A stretch of 64,000 nucleotides of DNA, taken from an uncultured delta proteobacterium (GTDB lineage Bacteria; Myxococcota_A; Polyangia; Polyangiales; Polyangiaceae). This document shows positions 10,074-21,814 of this stretch, in pieces. The notes beneath the pieces were generated by a model that ran no database searches, was not told the origin of the DNA, and saw only the letters and a list, made by a program, of their open reading frames with translations. Position 1 is the first letter of the stretch; every line of letters starts with the position of its first letter. Both the position numbers and the translations under genes were made by a program. The DNA lies in contig CAWDXG010000004.1 of NCBI GenBank assembly GCA_963806225.1, positions 1,504,001 through 1,568,000 on the forward strand, in the 5' to 3' direction.

Positions 10074-10451
10074 TCAACTCCCCTCGCGGTAGACCAGCAC
10101 AACGTCGCCGATCTGCAGCGTGTCTCCTTCGCGCAGCACTGCCGAGTGCGCCTTGATACCGTTGAGAAACACACCGTTGCTGCTGTTGAGATCCGACACC
10201 GTGTACTCGGGCCCCGAGCGCGAGAGGACCATGTGGCGACGCGAGATCATGCTGCTGTCGATCGCGATGTGGGCCTGGTTGGAGCGGCCGATGACGATCT
10301 CGTCCAGATCCAGCACGTAATCCCTGGGCGCGCCCGGTCCCTCGATCTGCTGCAGCACGAAAGGCGTGCGCTGCCGCCGCACGGAAGGGACCACCGGCAG
10401 GTCGCCCACCACGGTAGGCTCTTCTTCGTCCGTCGGACGCGGAGGCGACAT
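10074..10451 (-). CDS. FHA domain protein
   Basis: IGR, ISRRH and DLNSSNGVFLNG FHA signatures. Confidence 0.9.
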   Translation of the reverse strand: MSPPRPTDEEEPTVVGDLPVVPSVRRQRTPFVLQQIEGPGAPRDYVLDLDEIVIGRSNQAHIAIDSSMISRRHMVLSRSGPEYTVSDLNSSNGVFLNGIKAHSAVLREGDTLQIGDVVLVYREGS

Positions 10452-10613
10452 CACTCCGTGGCAGTCTAACAGACTTTCCCGAGCCGGCGCGACACGCGCC
10501 GAAGCCAGAACCCGGCCCGCTGGAGCGCCCGCCGTCGACATGTCCCTCCTACGATGTGCCGCAGCAGCAGCTTCCCCTCGCACGATTTGCGTCCCGGGAG
10601 CAGAGCGCGAACA

Positions 10614-11297
10614 ATGTCGCCGATGCTCCGATTTCCGCGTGCGACACTCGTGTCGCTGGCTCTCGTGCTCGTGTCCTGCGGCGCGGGAACCCCGCGGAAG
10701 CCGGCAGAGAGCACCGCCGGCAGCAAGGTTGCGAGCGCGAAGGCCGCCGACTGGGGCGGTCCCGTCCCGGCGCCCGACGACGAGCGCAGCGTGCGCTCGC
10801 TGCTGCGCGCCGCAGCCCTGGACAGGCCGGCCGAGGCGCGCGCTAGCTGTGCGCGGTTCGTGGTCGCCATGCCGGCGCTGTCGCACGGACTGGCATCGGG
10901 AGATCCGATGCTCGACCGCGTGGGCCTCGAGCGCGTGGCCGACATGGACACGCCGGACGGCCGGCGTCGCGTGCCGATCCTGATCTTCACCGGGGAGGAC
11001 GCGCTCCTGCGGCTTCTGGGCTCACCTTCATTCGCGGAGCTCGCGCGGCGCCTCGCCAACGGATACATCCGCCCGGCCAGCGAGCTGGAGCGGAAGCTGG
11101 TGTACGATCTGGTGGGCGGCTTCGAGCGCGGCGAGAAGATAACGGTGGCCCAGACCGGTGCGCTGCGCGTTGCGTTTCTGCTGGATCACGGGCACGTGTT
11201 CTGGATGGAGCTCCTGTCGGCCTGGCAGCCCAGCGAATGGGCGCGGCGCGCCGTGACGGAGCGGCTCGCGAGCCTGGCCTCCGCCCGGGTGCCATGA
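10614..11297 (+). CDS. Hypothetical lipoprotein
   Basis: LVSC lipobox; overlaps the start of the next gene. Confidence 0.6.
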   Translation: MSPMLRFPRATLVSLALVLVSCGAGTPRKPAESTAGSKVASAKAADWGGPVPAPDDERSVRSLLRAAALDRPAEARASCARFVVAMPALSHGLASGDPMLDRVGLERVADMDTPDGRRRVPILIFTGEDALLRLLGSPSFAELARRLANGYIRPASELERKLVYDLVGGFERGEKITVAQTGALRVAFLLDHGHVFWMELLSAWQPSEWARRAVTERLASLASARVP

Positions 11298-11641
11298 GGC
11301 GCCCCGTTCTTGCGCTTCTGGTCGGCCTGTCGCTGGCTGCGGCGGCCGGTGCGTGCTCGACCAGCGCCCCACCCCGGCCGGCGACGGAATGCCGCCAGTT
11401 CCAGTTCCGGGCCTGCAAGGATCCGTGCGGCCGCGGGGTGCAGGAGTGCCTGGCCCCGGGTCGATGGGGCCCGTGCAGCTGCGTCGTCGGCGACGCCAGC
11501 TATTCGAGCGATGTCGCCGAGCAGCCCGACGCCGGCAACGACGGGGACGCGACCGCCGAAGCGGATGCCGGTCCGGACGCCCCCCCCGACGCTGGCGCCG
11601 CAGATGCCGATGCCGCGACAGACCGGGGCTTGCTAGACTAG
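11294..11641 (+). CDS. Small Cys-rich hypothetical lipoprotein
   Basis: AGAC lipobox; CKDPCGRGVQEC..WGPCSC motif; acidic DAG-rich tail. Confidence 0.65.
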   Translation: MRRPVLALLVGLSLAAAAGACSTSAPPRPATECRQFQFRACKDPCGRGVQECLAPGRWGPCSCVVGDASYSSDVAEQPDAGNDGDATAEADAGPDAPPDAGAADADAATDRGLLD

Positions 11642-11657
11642 AAGGTCCTCCACCCAC

Positions 11658-12617
11658 ATGCCCAGCGACAGACCCGGCCGGGTCCTCGACGGAAAATACG
11701 AGCTCATCGAGGCGGTGGGCCGCGGCGGCATGGCGGTCGTGTGGCGGGCGCAGACGCGCGGCGCCTCCGGGTTCCGTCGCCCCGTCGCGGTGAAGCGCAT
11801 CGAACAGGGCTTCAAGGGCTACCCGGAGATCGAGGCCATGTTCGTGGAGGAAGCGCGGGTCGGCGCCGCGCTGCGCCACCCGAACATCGTGCAGATCCAC
11901 GACTTCGGCGTGGACGAGCAGGGGGAGCACTACCTTGTCTCCGAGTGGGTGGAGGGCATCCACCTCGGCGACTACGTGCGGAGCTTTGCCGGCACTCGCG
12001 AGAGGACGCCCTGGCCGTTGATCGCCGCGATCGGCGTCGAAGTGCTCCGGGCGCTGGAGGCCGCGCACAGCCGCCGCGACCAGCACGGGCGCCTGGCGCC
12101 CATCCTGCATCGCGACGTGAGCCCGCCCAACATCCTGCTCGACATCCATGGCGTGGTGAAGCTCGCCGATTTCGGGATGGCGCGCGCGACGGATCGCGGG
12201 CGTACGACGCAACCGGACGTCGTCAAGGGCAAGCTCAGCTACCTCGCCCCCGAGATGGTGCTGGGAATGGGGCCGAGCGTGCAGAGTGATCTGTTCGGTC
12301 TCGGCGTGGTGCTGTGGGAAGCGCTGACTGCGGAGCGGCTGTTCGACGCGACCACCGACGCGGAGGTGATCGAGAAGCTGCGCGACGCGCGCGTGCCGCT
12401 GCTCAGCATGAAGCGCCCGGACCTGCCGATGGGCTTGACCAGCGTGGTCCACCGCGTGCTCGAGCGCGAGCCGCAGCGGCGCTACGCCTCGGCGCGCGAG
12501 ATGATGGGCGCACTGGTGCGCGAGCTCAGGGTACTGCCGGGCTCCACCGACAGCCCCCACCTCGGACGCAGCGTGGGCGAGGCGCGCGCCCGGTTGACGG
12601 AGAACGGGCAGCGCTAG
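11658..12617 (+). CDS. Serine/threonine protein kinase (cytoplasmic)
   Basis: GRGGMAVV, VAVK, HRDVSPPN, DFG and APE motifs. Confidence 0.95.
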   Translation: MPSDRPGRVLDGKYELIEAVGRGGMAVVWRAQTRGASGFRRPVAVKRIEQGFKGYPEIEAMFVEEARVGAALRHPNIVQIHDFGVDEQGEHYLVSEWVEGIHLGDYVRSFAGTRERTPWPLIAAIGVEVLRALEAAHSRRDQHGRLAPILHRDVSPPNILLDIHGVVKLADFGMARATDRGRTTQPDVVKGKLSYLAPEMVLGMGPSVQSDLFGLGVVLWEALTAERLFDATTDAEVIEKLRDARVPLLSMKRPDLPMGLTSVVHRVLEREPQRRYASAREMMGALVRELRVLPGSTDSPHLGRSVGEARARLTENGQR

Positions 12618-12786
12618 CGCGGCGGGCTCGCGTGTCCGGGCCCCACCGCGCTCGGTATTTTCCACCCTCTGGTGGCCTGCGGAAGCGACCACGGCGCCGG
12701 GGCCGGCACAGATCCGGCACTTTTTGGCGTGGAAGAGCCGAAAGCGGCGCCCCGGCACAGGGCTCGCGTTGATTTTGATCAAGAAA

Positions 12787-12810
12787 ATTGAATTTGAAAG
12801 TCGTTTTCAT
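12787..12810. promoter_or_regulatory. Fur-box-like operator upstream of feoAB
   Basis: AT-rich island with imperfect palindrome TTGAAAGTCGTTTTCAT (12794-12810), about 35 bp upstream of feoA. Confidence 0.7.
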
Positions 12811-12843
12811 GTGCGTTATAGAAAGGGGGTCGGAGCACACACG

Positions 12844-13179
12844 ATGCAGCTCTCATTCGCGACGATAGGACAGGTGGTCACGGTCGAGCATGTGGGGGGA
12901 GAACGCTCCTTCCGGCGAAGGCTCATGGAGCTCGGGCTCGTCCCCGGCACACGCGTGGAGCTCGTCGGTGTGGCTCCACTGGGTGATCCGCTCGAGTTCC
13001 TCGTGCGCGGCTGCAGCCTTTCGATCCGCCGCGCGGAGGCCAGCAGCGTCCAAGTCAGCGAGCGGGAGGCACCCACTGTCGCGGCTCGCCTGGAAGCGGC
13101 ACAGGCCCCGCCCGAGCCGGCACTCGCCTCGACTTCCCGCGGCGGCATGGGCTGCCCCGGCTGCGCGCGGAGCGCATAG
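12844..13179 (+). CDS. feoA: Ferrous iron transport protein A
   Basis: RRRLMELGLVPGT..APLGDP..LSIRRAEA; directly upstream of feoB. Confidence 0.93.
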   Translation: MQLSFATIGQVVTVEHVGGERSFRRRLMELGLVPGTRVELVGVAPLGDPLEFLVRGCSLSIRRAEASSVQVSEREAPTVAARLEAAQAPPEPALASTSRGGMGCPGCARSA

Positions 13180-13191
13180 GGCGCGGGAGTC

Positions 13192-15504
<2,313 letters not shown>

Positions 15505-15522
15505 GCCTTCCGGCTGACCGCT

Positions 15523-16191
15523 CTACATCCCCGGCCAGCGGAACTGCAGGGCCGAGAAGTACGTGAAGGCCACGTGCGAGATGATCACCGGCGGCAGGCG
15601 ACCGCCGATGCTGGCCATGAAGCTCCACACGATGCCGCAGCCGAGCGCTGCGACGATCAAGAGCGGGTTCGGTCCCGCAGCGGGATCCGCCAACAGGAAC
15701 ACGCTCGGCAGCAGGGCAACTGCGTAGAGCAGCGCGGCCAGCGGCCAGCCACGACGCTGGCCGAAGCGATCGCCGAGGCGGTCCAGCACCAGGCCGCGCC
15801 ACACGAGCTCTTCCAGCACCGGTACCAGCACCACCAGCAACGTGAGCTCGACCGAGCGCTGGATCCGGTCCGGTGAGCCGATCTGCAGGTAGATGTGCAG
15901 CAGCCACGCATTCTGCGGGCTACCCGCGGGGGCCAGCGCCGCACGCGCGCCCCACGAGGCAACGAGCAGCACAATCGCGGTGATCGCGCCGAGCGAGATA
16001 TCGCCCCAGCGCGGGGAGAGGCGCTCGACCAGTGTGCCGTCGTTCCACATGGCGTACAGGGCGATGGCGGACAGGACCGTGTACGCCGCCACCAGCACCA
16101 GCCACATTTCAGCGCTGCCAGCGAGCGACGGGCGCAAGGCGAACCCATTGGCCGCCAACAGGACGATCACGACCAGCAGAACGAGGCGCAT
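15523..16191 (-). CDS. CPBP (CAAX protease-like) intramembrane metalloprotease
   Basis: EELVWRG motif and C-terminal SH; many TM helices. Confidence 0.85.
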   Translation of the reverse strand: MRLVLLVVIVLLAANGFALRPSLAGSAEMWLVLVAAYTVLSAIALYAMWNDGTLVERLSPRWGDISLGAITAIVLLVASWGARAALAPAGSPQNAWLLHIYLQIGSPDRIQRSVELTLLVVLVPVLEELVWRGLVLDRLGDRFGQRRGWPLAALLYAVALLPSVFLLADPAAGPNPLLIVAALGCGIVWSFMASIGGRLPPVIISHVAFTYFSALQFRWPGM

Positions 16192-17567
16192 CAGCCGATC
16201 CCGAGGAATCGCGCCGCCACCCAGTCGAGTATCTGATCGGCGAGATCGGTCTTGGCGAGGCGGCCGAGCGAGTCGACCTGGTCCGGGGCGACGAGTGTTG
16301 CGCGATTGTCGTCACGCCCGAACGAATCGCTGGCGTGGTTCGCGACGACGAGGTCTACCCGCTTCTTTTCCAGCTTGGTGCGGGCGTGGGCGATCACCTG
16401 TTCGTCGCCGTCGGTTTCCACCGCAAAACCGACCAGGATCGGGTGATAGGTGCGACGTGCCGCGCCTATCTCGGCCAGGATGTCGGGGTTCTGCACCAGC
16501 TCGAGCGTCATGCGCTTCGATTCGCGCTTGAGCTTCGCAGCGTGCGCCTCGGCAGGGCGGTAGTCGCCGACGGCGGCCGTCATTACCAGCGCGTCCGCGT
16601 GCCCGAGGTCGGGGCCCAGCGCCTGCCACACGGCCCCGCGCATGGCCACGGCGCTCCTCACCTCGACGAGCTGCACACCGTACGGAACGGGAAGCGACAC
16701 CGGACCGGTGACAAGCGTCACCTTCGCGCCGCGCGCCACGGCGCGTTCGGCGATCGCGAATCCCATCTTGCCCGAAGAGCGGTTGCTGACGAACCGCACC
16801 GGATCCAGATCCTCGACGGTGGGCCCAGCGGTGACCACAACGTGACGGCCGGCCAGGTCCTGCGTGCAGACGAGCGATGCCGCCGCGGCCACGATGTGCT
16901 CGGGCTCGGCCATGCGCCCGAAACCGGACTCGCCGCTGGCCACTTCGCCATCCACAGGGCCGATGCGGTGCACACGGCCGTCGTGCTCCAGCGTGGAAAC
17001 GTTGCGCAGCGTGGCGGGGTGCGACCACATCCTGGGGTGCATCGCCGGCGCCACCAGCACCGGGCAGCGCGCGCACAAGGCGGTGGCGGTCAGCAGGTCG
17101 TCGGCGCGTCCTGTGGCCAGGCGCGCCAGCATGTCGGCGGTGGCCGGAACGATCAGCAGCAGATCGCTCCGCGCGGCCAGGTCGACGTGTAGCTCACCGC
17201 CGGTGTCCGCGTTCCACATGGTGGTGAGCGCGGGCCGACCGGTGAGCCCCCCGAACGTCGCGGCTCCCACGAAACGTTCGGCCGAGGCAGTGAGCACGGT
17301 CTGGACCTCCGCGCCTTCCTTGAGAAGCAGGCGGGCCACCTGCGCAGCCTTGTACGCCGCGATGCTGCCGCACACGCCCAGGGTGACGCGCCTGCCCGAC
17401 AGCCGGCCCTGGTAGGACAGCTGGGGTGTCTCGATGGCGGGCGGCGGCCCCGAGGTGGGCGCCCGCACGTCCGGCGACTTGGAAGCAGGCGGCGGACGCA
17501 TGCTCGGCGGTCGGGTGCTGGGCGGGCGCGGGGACGGCCGCGGCGGTCGCTGGCTCGGAGGCGTCAT
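16191..17567 (-). CDS. coaBC: Bifunctional phosphopantothenoylcysteine decarboxylase/synthetase
   Basis: GSIAAYK, PATAD, PAMHPRM, TAGPTVEDLDPVRFVSNRSSGKMG and GFAVET motifs; Pro-rich N-terminal extension. Confidence 0.96.
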   Translation of the reverse strand: MTPPSQRPPRPSPRPPSTRPPSMRPPPASKSPDVRAPTSGPPPAIETPQLSYQGRLSGRRVTLGVCGSIAAYKAAQVARLLLKEGAEVQTVLTASAERFVGAATFGGLTGRPALTTMWNADTGGELHVDLAARSDLLLIVPATADMLARLATGRADDLLTATALCARCPVLVAPAMHPRMWSHPATLRNVSTLEHDGRVHRIGPVDGEVASGESGFGRMAEPEHIVAAAASLVCTQDLAGRHVVVTAGPTVEDLDPVRFVSNRSSGKMGFAIAERAVARGAKVTLVTGPVSLPVPYGVQLVEVRSAVAMRGAVWQALGPDLGHADALVMTAAVGDYRPAEAHAAKLKRESKRMTLELVQNPDILAEIGAARRTYHPILVGFAVETDGDEQVIAHARTKLEKKRVDLVVANHASDSFGRDDNRATLVAPDQVDSLGRLAKTDLADQILDWVAARFLGIG

Positions 17568-18232
17568 CGGCGTCGGGCGAGCGTAGCCCGGGGCGCTCGC
17601 GAGACGTAGGGGTTTCCGGCCTCGAAGAAACGCCAGGGGCGGGCCGCCCAGCTTCCGGCGTAGTCCACGCCGACCCGTGGTGCGCGGGCGACTTTCGTCG
17701 GCCGGGGCGCCTCGGCCAGGAACAGATCGCCGTCGCCGCACAGGTCAAGGCCGTAGTCCCCGGCCCCGACCGCGAAGGCCTGGCACAGCTTGCCGGGGCC
17801 GTTGGTCAACTCGCGCCGCCCGGCGGGCATCCTGCGGCGGGCCGCCATCAGCTCGAGCCCGAGAACGGGCTCCACGGCGCGCAGCAGCACCGCGTGGGGC
17901 TCGCCCACGCTGCCGGTCACCAGGTTGAGCTGCCAGTGCATCCCGTACACGAAGAACACATAGACGCGACCGGGCTCGCCGAACATGGCCTCCGTGCGGG
18001 CCGTGCGGCGCCCTCCAAAGCTGTGCGCGGCGCGGTCGTCGGGTCCGCGATACGCTTCCACTTCGACGATGCGTCCAGCCACGACACCGTCCGCCCCCTC
18101 GCGCACGAGGAGGCAGCCGATGCAGTCGCGGGCCACCTCGAGAACCGGACGCGCGTAGAAGGACCGCGGAAAACGAGGGCCCGGAACCGTAGCGGCCAGC
18201 GGGCCGGCACGACTTCTCCGGACGGCGGCCAT
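17564..18232 (-). CDS. mpg: DNA-3-methyladenine glycosylase (MPG/AAG family)
   Basis: GRIVEVEAY, YVFFVYGMH, AVLLRAVEP, GPGKLC and PRVGV motifs. Confidence 0.93.
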   Translation of the reverse strand: MAAVRRSRAGPLAATVPGPRFPRSFYARPVLEVARDCIGCLLVREGADGVVAGRIVEVEAYRGPDDRAAHSFGGRRTARTEAMFGEPGRVYVFFVYGMHWQLNLVTGSVGEPHAVLLRAVEPVLGLELMAARRRMPAGRRELTNGPGKLCQAFAVGAGDYGLDLCGDGDLFLAEAPRPTKVARAPRVGVDYAGSWAARPWRFFEAGNPYVSRAPRATLARRR

Positions 18233-18241
18233 CGGGGTCGA

Positions 18242-18266
18242 TACCAGATGCCCGGGGCATCTGGTA
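18242..18266. promoter_or_regulatory. Perfect 12-bp inverted repeat in the divergent mpg/kinase intergenic region
   Basis: TACCAGATGCCC-G-GGGCATCTGGTA. Confidence 0.55.
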
Positions 18267-18278
18267 GATTCGACCCGG

Positions 18279-19955
18279 ATGGTTTCTCCCGAAGCGATGC
18301 CAGCTCCGGAAGGGCGCATCATTGGCCGCTACGCCCTGTACGGCGAGATCGCCGCTGGCGGGATGGCGACGGTGCATTTTGGACGCCTCGTCGGGCCGGT
18401 TGGTTTCAGCCGCACGGTGGCCATCAAGCGGTTGCACCCGCAGTTCGCCAAGGATCCGGAATTCGTCTCGATGTTCCTCGACGAAGCCCGGCTGGCGGCG
18501 CGCATCCAGCACCCCAACGTGGTCTCGACACTCGACGTGGTGGCGCTGGAGGGCGAGGTGTTCCTGGTCATGGACTATGTCCAGGGCGAGAGCCTGTCGA
18601 AGCTGGTGCGCGCCACCCGGCGCCAGGGCGAGCTGGTTCCGGCGCGGATCGCTTCGAGCATCATGGCTGCGGCTCTGCACGGATTGCACGCTGCCCACGA
18701 AGCCAAGAGCGAGCGCGGCGAGCCGCTGAACATCGTCCATCGCGACGTCAGTCCGCAGAACGTCCTCGTCGGCGTGGACGGCGTGGCCCGCGTGCTCGAC
18801 TTCGGCGTGGCCAAGGCGGCGATGCGCGCGCAGACCACACGCGACGGGCAGATGAAGGGCAAGCTCAGCTACATGGCGCCCGAGCAGCTGCGCGCCAAGG
18901 GGGTGGATCGGCGCACCGACATCTTCGCAGCCGGCGTCGTGCTGTGGGAAGCGCTCACAGGGCGGCGTCTCTTCGACGGCGACGACACCGGCGAGATCCT
19001 CACGAAAGTGCTGCAGGCGGAGATCCCGCCGCCGGGGCAGGTCGTGCCGTCGATCCCGCCGGCGCTCGACGGGATCGTGCTCAAGGCGCTCGAGCGCGAC
19101 CCGGCGGGTCGTTTCGCAACGGCACGCGAGTTCGCGATCGCGCTGGAGCACGCCGGAGCCGTGGCGCTCAACCGCGAAGTCGGCGAATGGGTCGAGGAGA
19201 TAGGCGGCGACGCGCTGGCGCGCCGCGCGGAGCGCGTCGCCGAGATCGAAAGCGTTTCGACGGTGGGCGCGCCATTCGGAGCACAGGCACAGGAGCTAGC
19301 CGCGCACCGCCGATCGCTGGCGGAGATGGACGCGGAGCTCCCGCCCGGGGGCTCGAACCCTTCCGCGGTGTCCGGCGTCGCGCCGGCTGGTCTGGTGCAA
19401 GCCCGGCAGTCGGCTCCGTCCTGGTCCGGGCAGATTCCTGCTCCCGGGGGAGAGGGCACGTCGCCGTCGCAGGTCTCCAGCCTTTCCGTGGCGTCTGCGT
19501 CGCACGCTCGGCCCCGCCGTCGTCAGGGCCTGTACGCAGCGTTGCTCGGGGTCGCTGCCGCGCTCGGCATCGCCATCGTCGTGGTCGTGGTTGCACTGGT
19601 CCGCCGTAGCGTCGCGGCGCCGTCGCCCGCCAGCGCTGCGGCCCAGGCCCCCAAAGCCAGCGCACCACAGGTTTCGCTGAAGCCCCTGGATAGCGCGGCC
19701 AGCGAGCCGGTCGCCGCGGCCAGCGAGATTGCCCCCGCGCCCAGCGCGAGCGCTCCGGCGGTCGAGTCGGCCCGGCCCTCCGCGAGCGCGCCGGCGGTCG
19801 AGCAAACGGCCCGGCCCGTGGTGCACAATCCGGTGCCGCACCACGTCTACCACCACGCCGCAGCCAAGCCGAAACCCGCAGCCAAGCCGAACTGCAACCC
19901 GCCCTATACCGTCGACGGCAGCGGCATCCGGCACCCCAAGCCCGAGTGCATGTGA
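18279..19955 (+). CDS. Membrane-anchored serine/threonine protein kinase with periplasmic Ala/Pro linker and Cys-loop tail
   Basis: HRDVSPQN, DFG and APE motifs; one TM segment; ends NCNPPYTVDGSGIRHPKPECM. Confidence 0.95.
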   Translation: MVSPEAMPAPEGRIIGRYALYGEIAAGGMATVHFGRLVGPVGFSRTVAIKRLHPQFAKDPEFVSMFLDEARLAARIQHPNVVSTLDVVALEGEVFLVMDYVQGESLSKLVRATRRQGELVPARIASSIMAAALHGLHAAHEAKSERGEPLNIVHRDVSPQNVLVGVDGVARVLDFGVAKAAMRAQTTRDGQMKGKLSYMAPEQLRAKGVDRRTDIFAAGVVLWEALTGRRLFDGDDTGEILTKVLQAEIPPPGQVVPSIPPALDGIVLKALERDPAGRFATAREFAIALEHAGAVALNREVGEWVEEIGGDALARRAERVAEIESVSTVGAPFGAQAQELAAHRRSLAEMDAELPPGGSNPSAVSGVAPAGLVQARQSAPSWSGQIPAPGGEGTSPSQVSSLSVASASHARPRRRQGLYAALLGVAAALGIAIVVVVVALVRRSVAAPSPASAAAQAPKASAPQVSLKPLDSAASEPVAAASEIAPAPSASAPAVESARPSASAPAVEQTARPVVHNPVPHHVYHHAAAKPKPAAKPNCNPPYTVDGSGIRHPKPECM

Positions 19956-20000
19956 GCCGCCACTCGTAAACCGACGAACGTCCGGGTTAGACTCCCGCCG

Positions 20001-20912
20001 ATGTCCTTCGAGAAGAGGCTGACCGCTCCGATCCTCGGCTCCGTTCTGGTGGTACTGCTCGGCGCCCCGCCCGCGCTGGCGGACAAGGCCGCGTGCGGGA
20101 AGGCCTACACGCAGGCGCAGGTGCAGAAGAAGGCCGGCAAGCTGCGCGAGGCGAAAAAGAACCTGCTGGTGTGCGCCCAGAAGAGCTGCCCGGGCTTCAT
20201 CAACAGCGAATGCGCGAAGTGGTTGAACGACGTCGAGTCGACGCTGCCCACGATCGTCATCGCCGCCAGCGACGCGAAGGGCAACGATCTGACGGACGTG
20301 AGCGTCAGCTCCGACGGCCAGCAGCTGGCCGACAAGCTCGGCGGCATGGCCCTCGAAGTGGATCCGGGCAAGCACACGCTGCGCTTCGAGCACGCGGGCG
20401 CCGAGCCCGTCGAGAAGAAGGTGCTCATCCGCGAAGGCGAGAAGGCGCGCGTGATCAAGGTCCAGTTCGGCTCGCCGGAAGAGGCGGCCGCCGCCCAGCC
20501 GAAGCAGGGTGCGGCGTCGGGGGGCGGCGCGGCCGGCGTGGACACCTCCAGCGGCGGCTCCTCGAAGACGCTCGCGTACGTGCTCGGCGGGGTGGGCATC
20601 GTCGGTCTGGGCAGCTTCGCCTACTTCGGCCTGACCGGCTCGAGCCAGAAAAGCGACCTGCTCAAGCACTGCAAGAACAACGTCTGCGATCTGCCGCAGG
20701 ACCAGATCGACTCCAAGCGCAGCGCGGTCAAGACCAAGTTCCTGATCGCAGACGTCTCGCTCGGCGTCGGGGTCGTTTCGCTCGGCCTCGCGACGTATTT
20801 CTTCCTCAAGCCCGACCACTCGTCGGAGGCACCGAAGGACAGCGCACGCCTACGCTTCGATGTGGCGCCGACCCACGGCGGCAGCTACGCGACCGTGTCG
20901 GGGAAGTTCTAG
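20001..20912 (+). CDS. Secreted PEGA-like domain protein
   Basis: Signal peptide, Cys-containing helical domain, VDPGKHTLRFE PEGA-like segment, hydrophobic hairpin, terminal Phe. Confidence 0.7.
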   Translation: MSFEKRLTAPILGSVLVVLLGAPPALADKAACGKAYTQAQVQKKAGKLREAKKNLLVCAQKSCPGFINSECAKWLNDVESTLPTIVIAASDAKGNDLTDVSVSSDGQQLADKLGGMALEVDPGKHTLRFEHAGAEPVEKKVLIREGEKARVIKVQFGSPEEAAAAQPKQGAASGGGAAGVDTSSGGSSKTLAYVLGGVGIVGLGSFAYFGLTGSSQKSDLLKHCKNNVCDLPQDQIDSKRSAVKTKFLIADVSLGVGVVSLGLATYFFLKPDHSSEAPKDSARLRFDVAPTHGGSYATVSGKF

Positions 20913-20939
20913 CGGCAGCGCCGGGCCTTTCCGCCCGCG

Positions 20940-21695
20940 CTACTCCTGCCCGCTGATCCGCTCCATCTCCTCGTCGGAGATGTCGAAGTCGGCAAAGACG
21001 TTCTGCGAGTCGTCGTGCTCGTCGAGCGCGTCGAGCAGGTTGAGGCACACCTCGGCGTCGCGACCAGCCACTTCCTTCTTGTTCTTGGGGACGAAGGCGA
21101 GCTTGCTCTCCTGCATCGGCAGCTTCGCCGTCTCGAAGGCGGTGCTCACGCTGTCGAGCTGCTCCGGTGGCGTGTACACGGTCCACACGTCGCCCTCGTC
21201 GCGATAGTCGTCGGCTCCCGCCTCGACCGCCGCCTCCATGAGCTGTTCCTCGCTCACCGCCGACCTGTCGAGCGTGATCACGCCGAGGCGGTCGAAGGCC
21301 CACTGCGCGGTTCCGGAGCCGCCCATCGCACCGTTGTGCTTCTCGAACACCTTCCTGAGCTCGGCGGCGGTGCGGTTCCGGTTGTCGGTCATGCCCTCGA
21401 CCAGGAACAGGGTGCCGCCGGGGCCGGTGCCCTCGTACAGCACCTCGTCGTAGTTCGCGCCCTCGATCTCGCCGGTACCGCGCTGGATGGCGCGCTTGAT
21501 GTTGTCGGCGGGCATCTGCTGGCCGCGGGCGTCGGCGATGGCCTTGCGCAGGCGCGGATTGCCGTCGGCGTCACCACCGCCCATGCGCGCCGCGGTGACG
21601 ATCTCGCGGATCAGCTTGGTGAAGATCTTGCCACGGGCCGCATCCGTTGCGCCCTTCTTGCGCTTGATCGTGGCCCACTTGGAATGACCGCTCAT
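20940..21695 (-). CDS. yebC: YebC/PmpR family protein
   Basis: MSGHSKWATIKRKKG, NPRLR, YEGTGPGG and TDNRNRT motifs. Confidence 0.96.
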   Translation of the reverse strand: MSGHSKWATIKRKKGATDAARGKIFTKLIREIVTAARMGGGDADGNPRLRKAIADARGQQMPADNIKRAIQRGTGEIEGANYDEVLYEGTGPGGTLFLVEGMTDNRNRTAAELRKVFEKHNGAMGGSGTAQWAFDRLGVITLDRSAVSEEQLMEAAVEAGADDYRDEGDVWTVYTPPEQLDSVSTAFETAKLPMQESKLAFVPKNKKEVAGRDAEVCLNLLDALDEHDDSQNVFADFDISDEEMERISGQE

Positions 21696-21814
21696 GCGGG
21701 ACTCTCTACCTTGGTTGGTGGAAAAAGGGGCCCGTCCGCCCCGGGGCCCCGCGATCTAGCAAAGACGCCGCCAACCCGCCACAACCGCGCCCGGGATCCG
21801 GGCGAAATCCAGGC

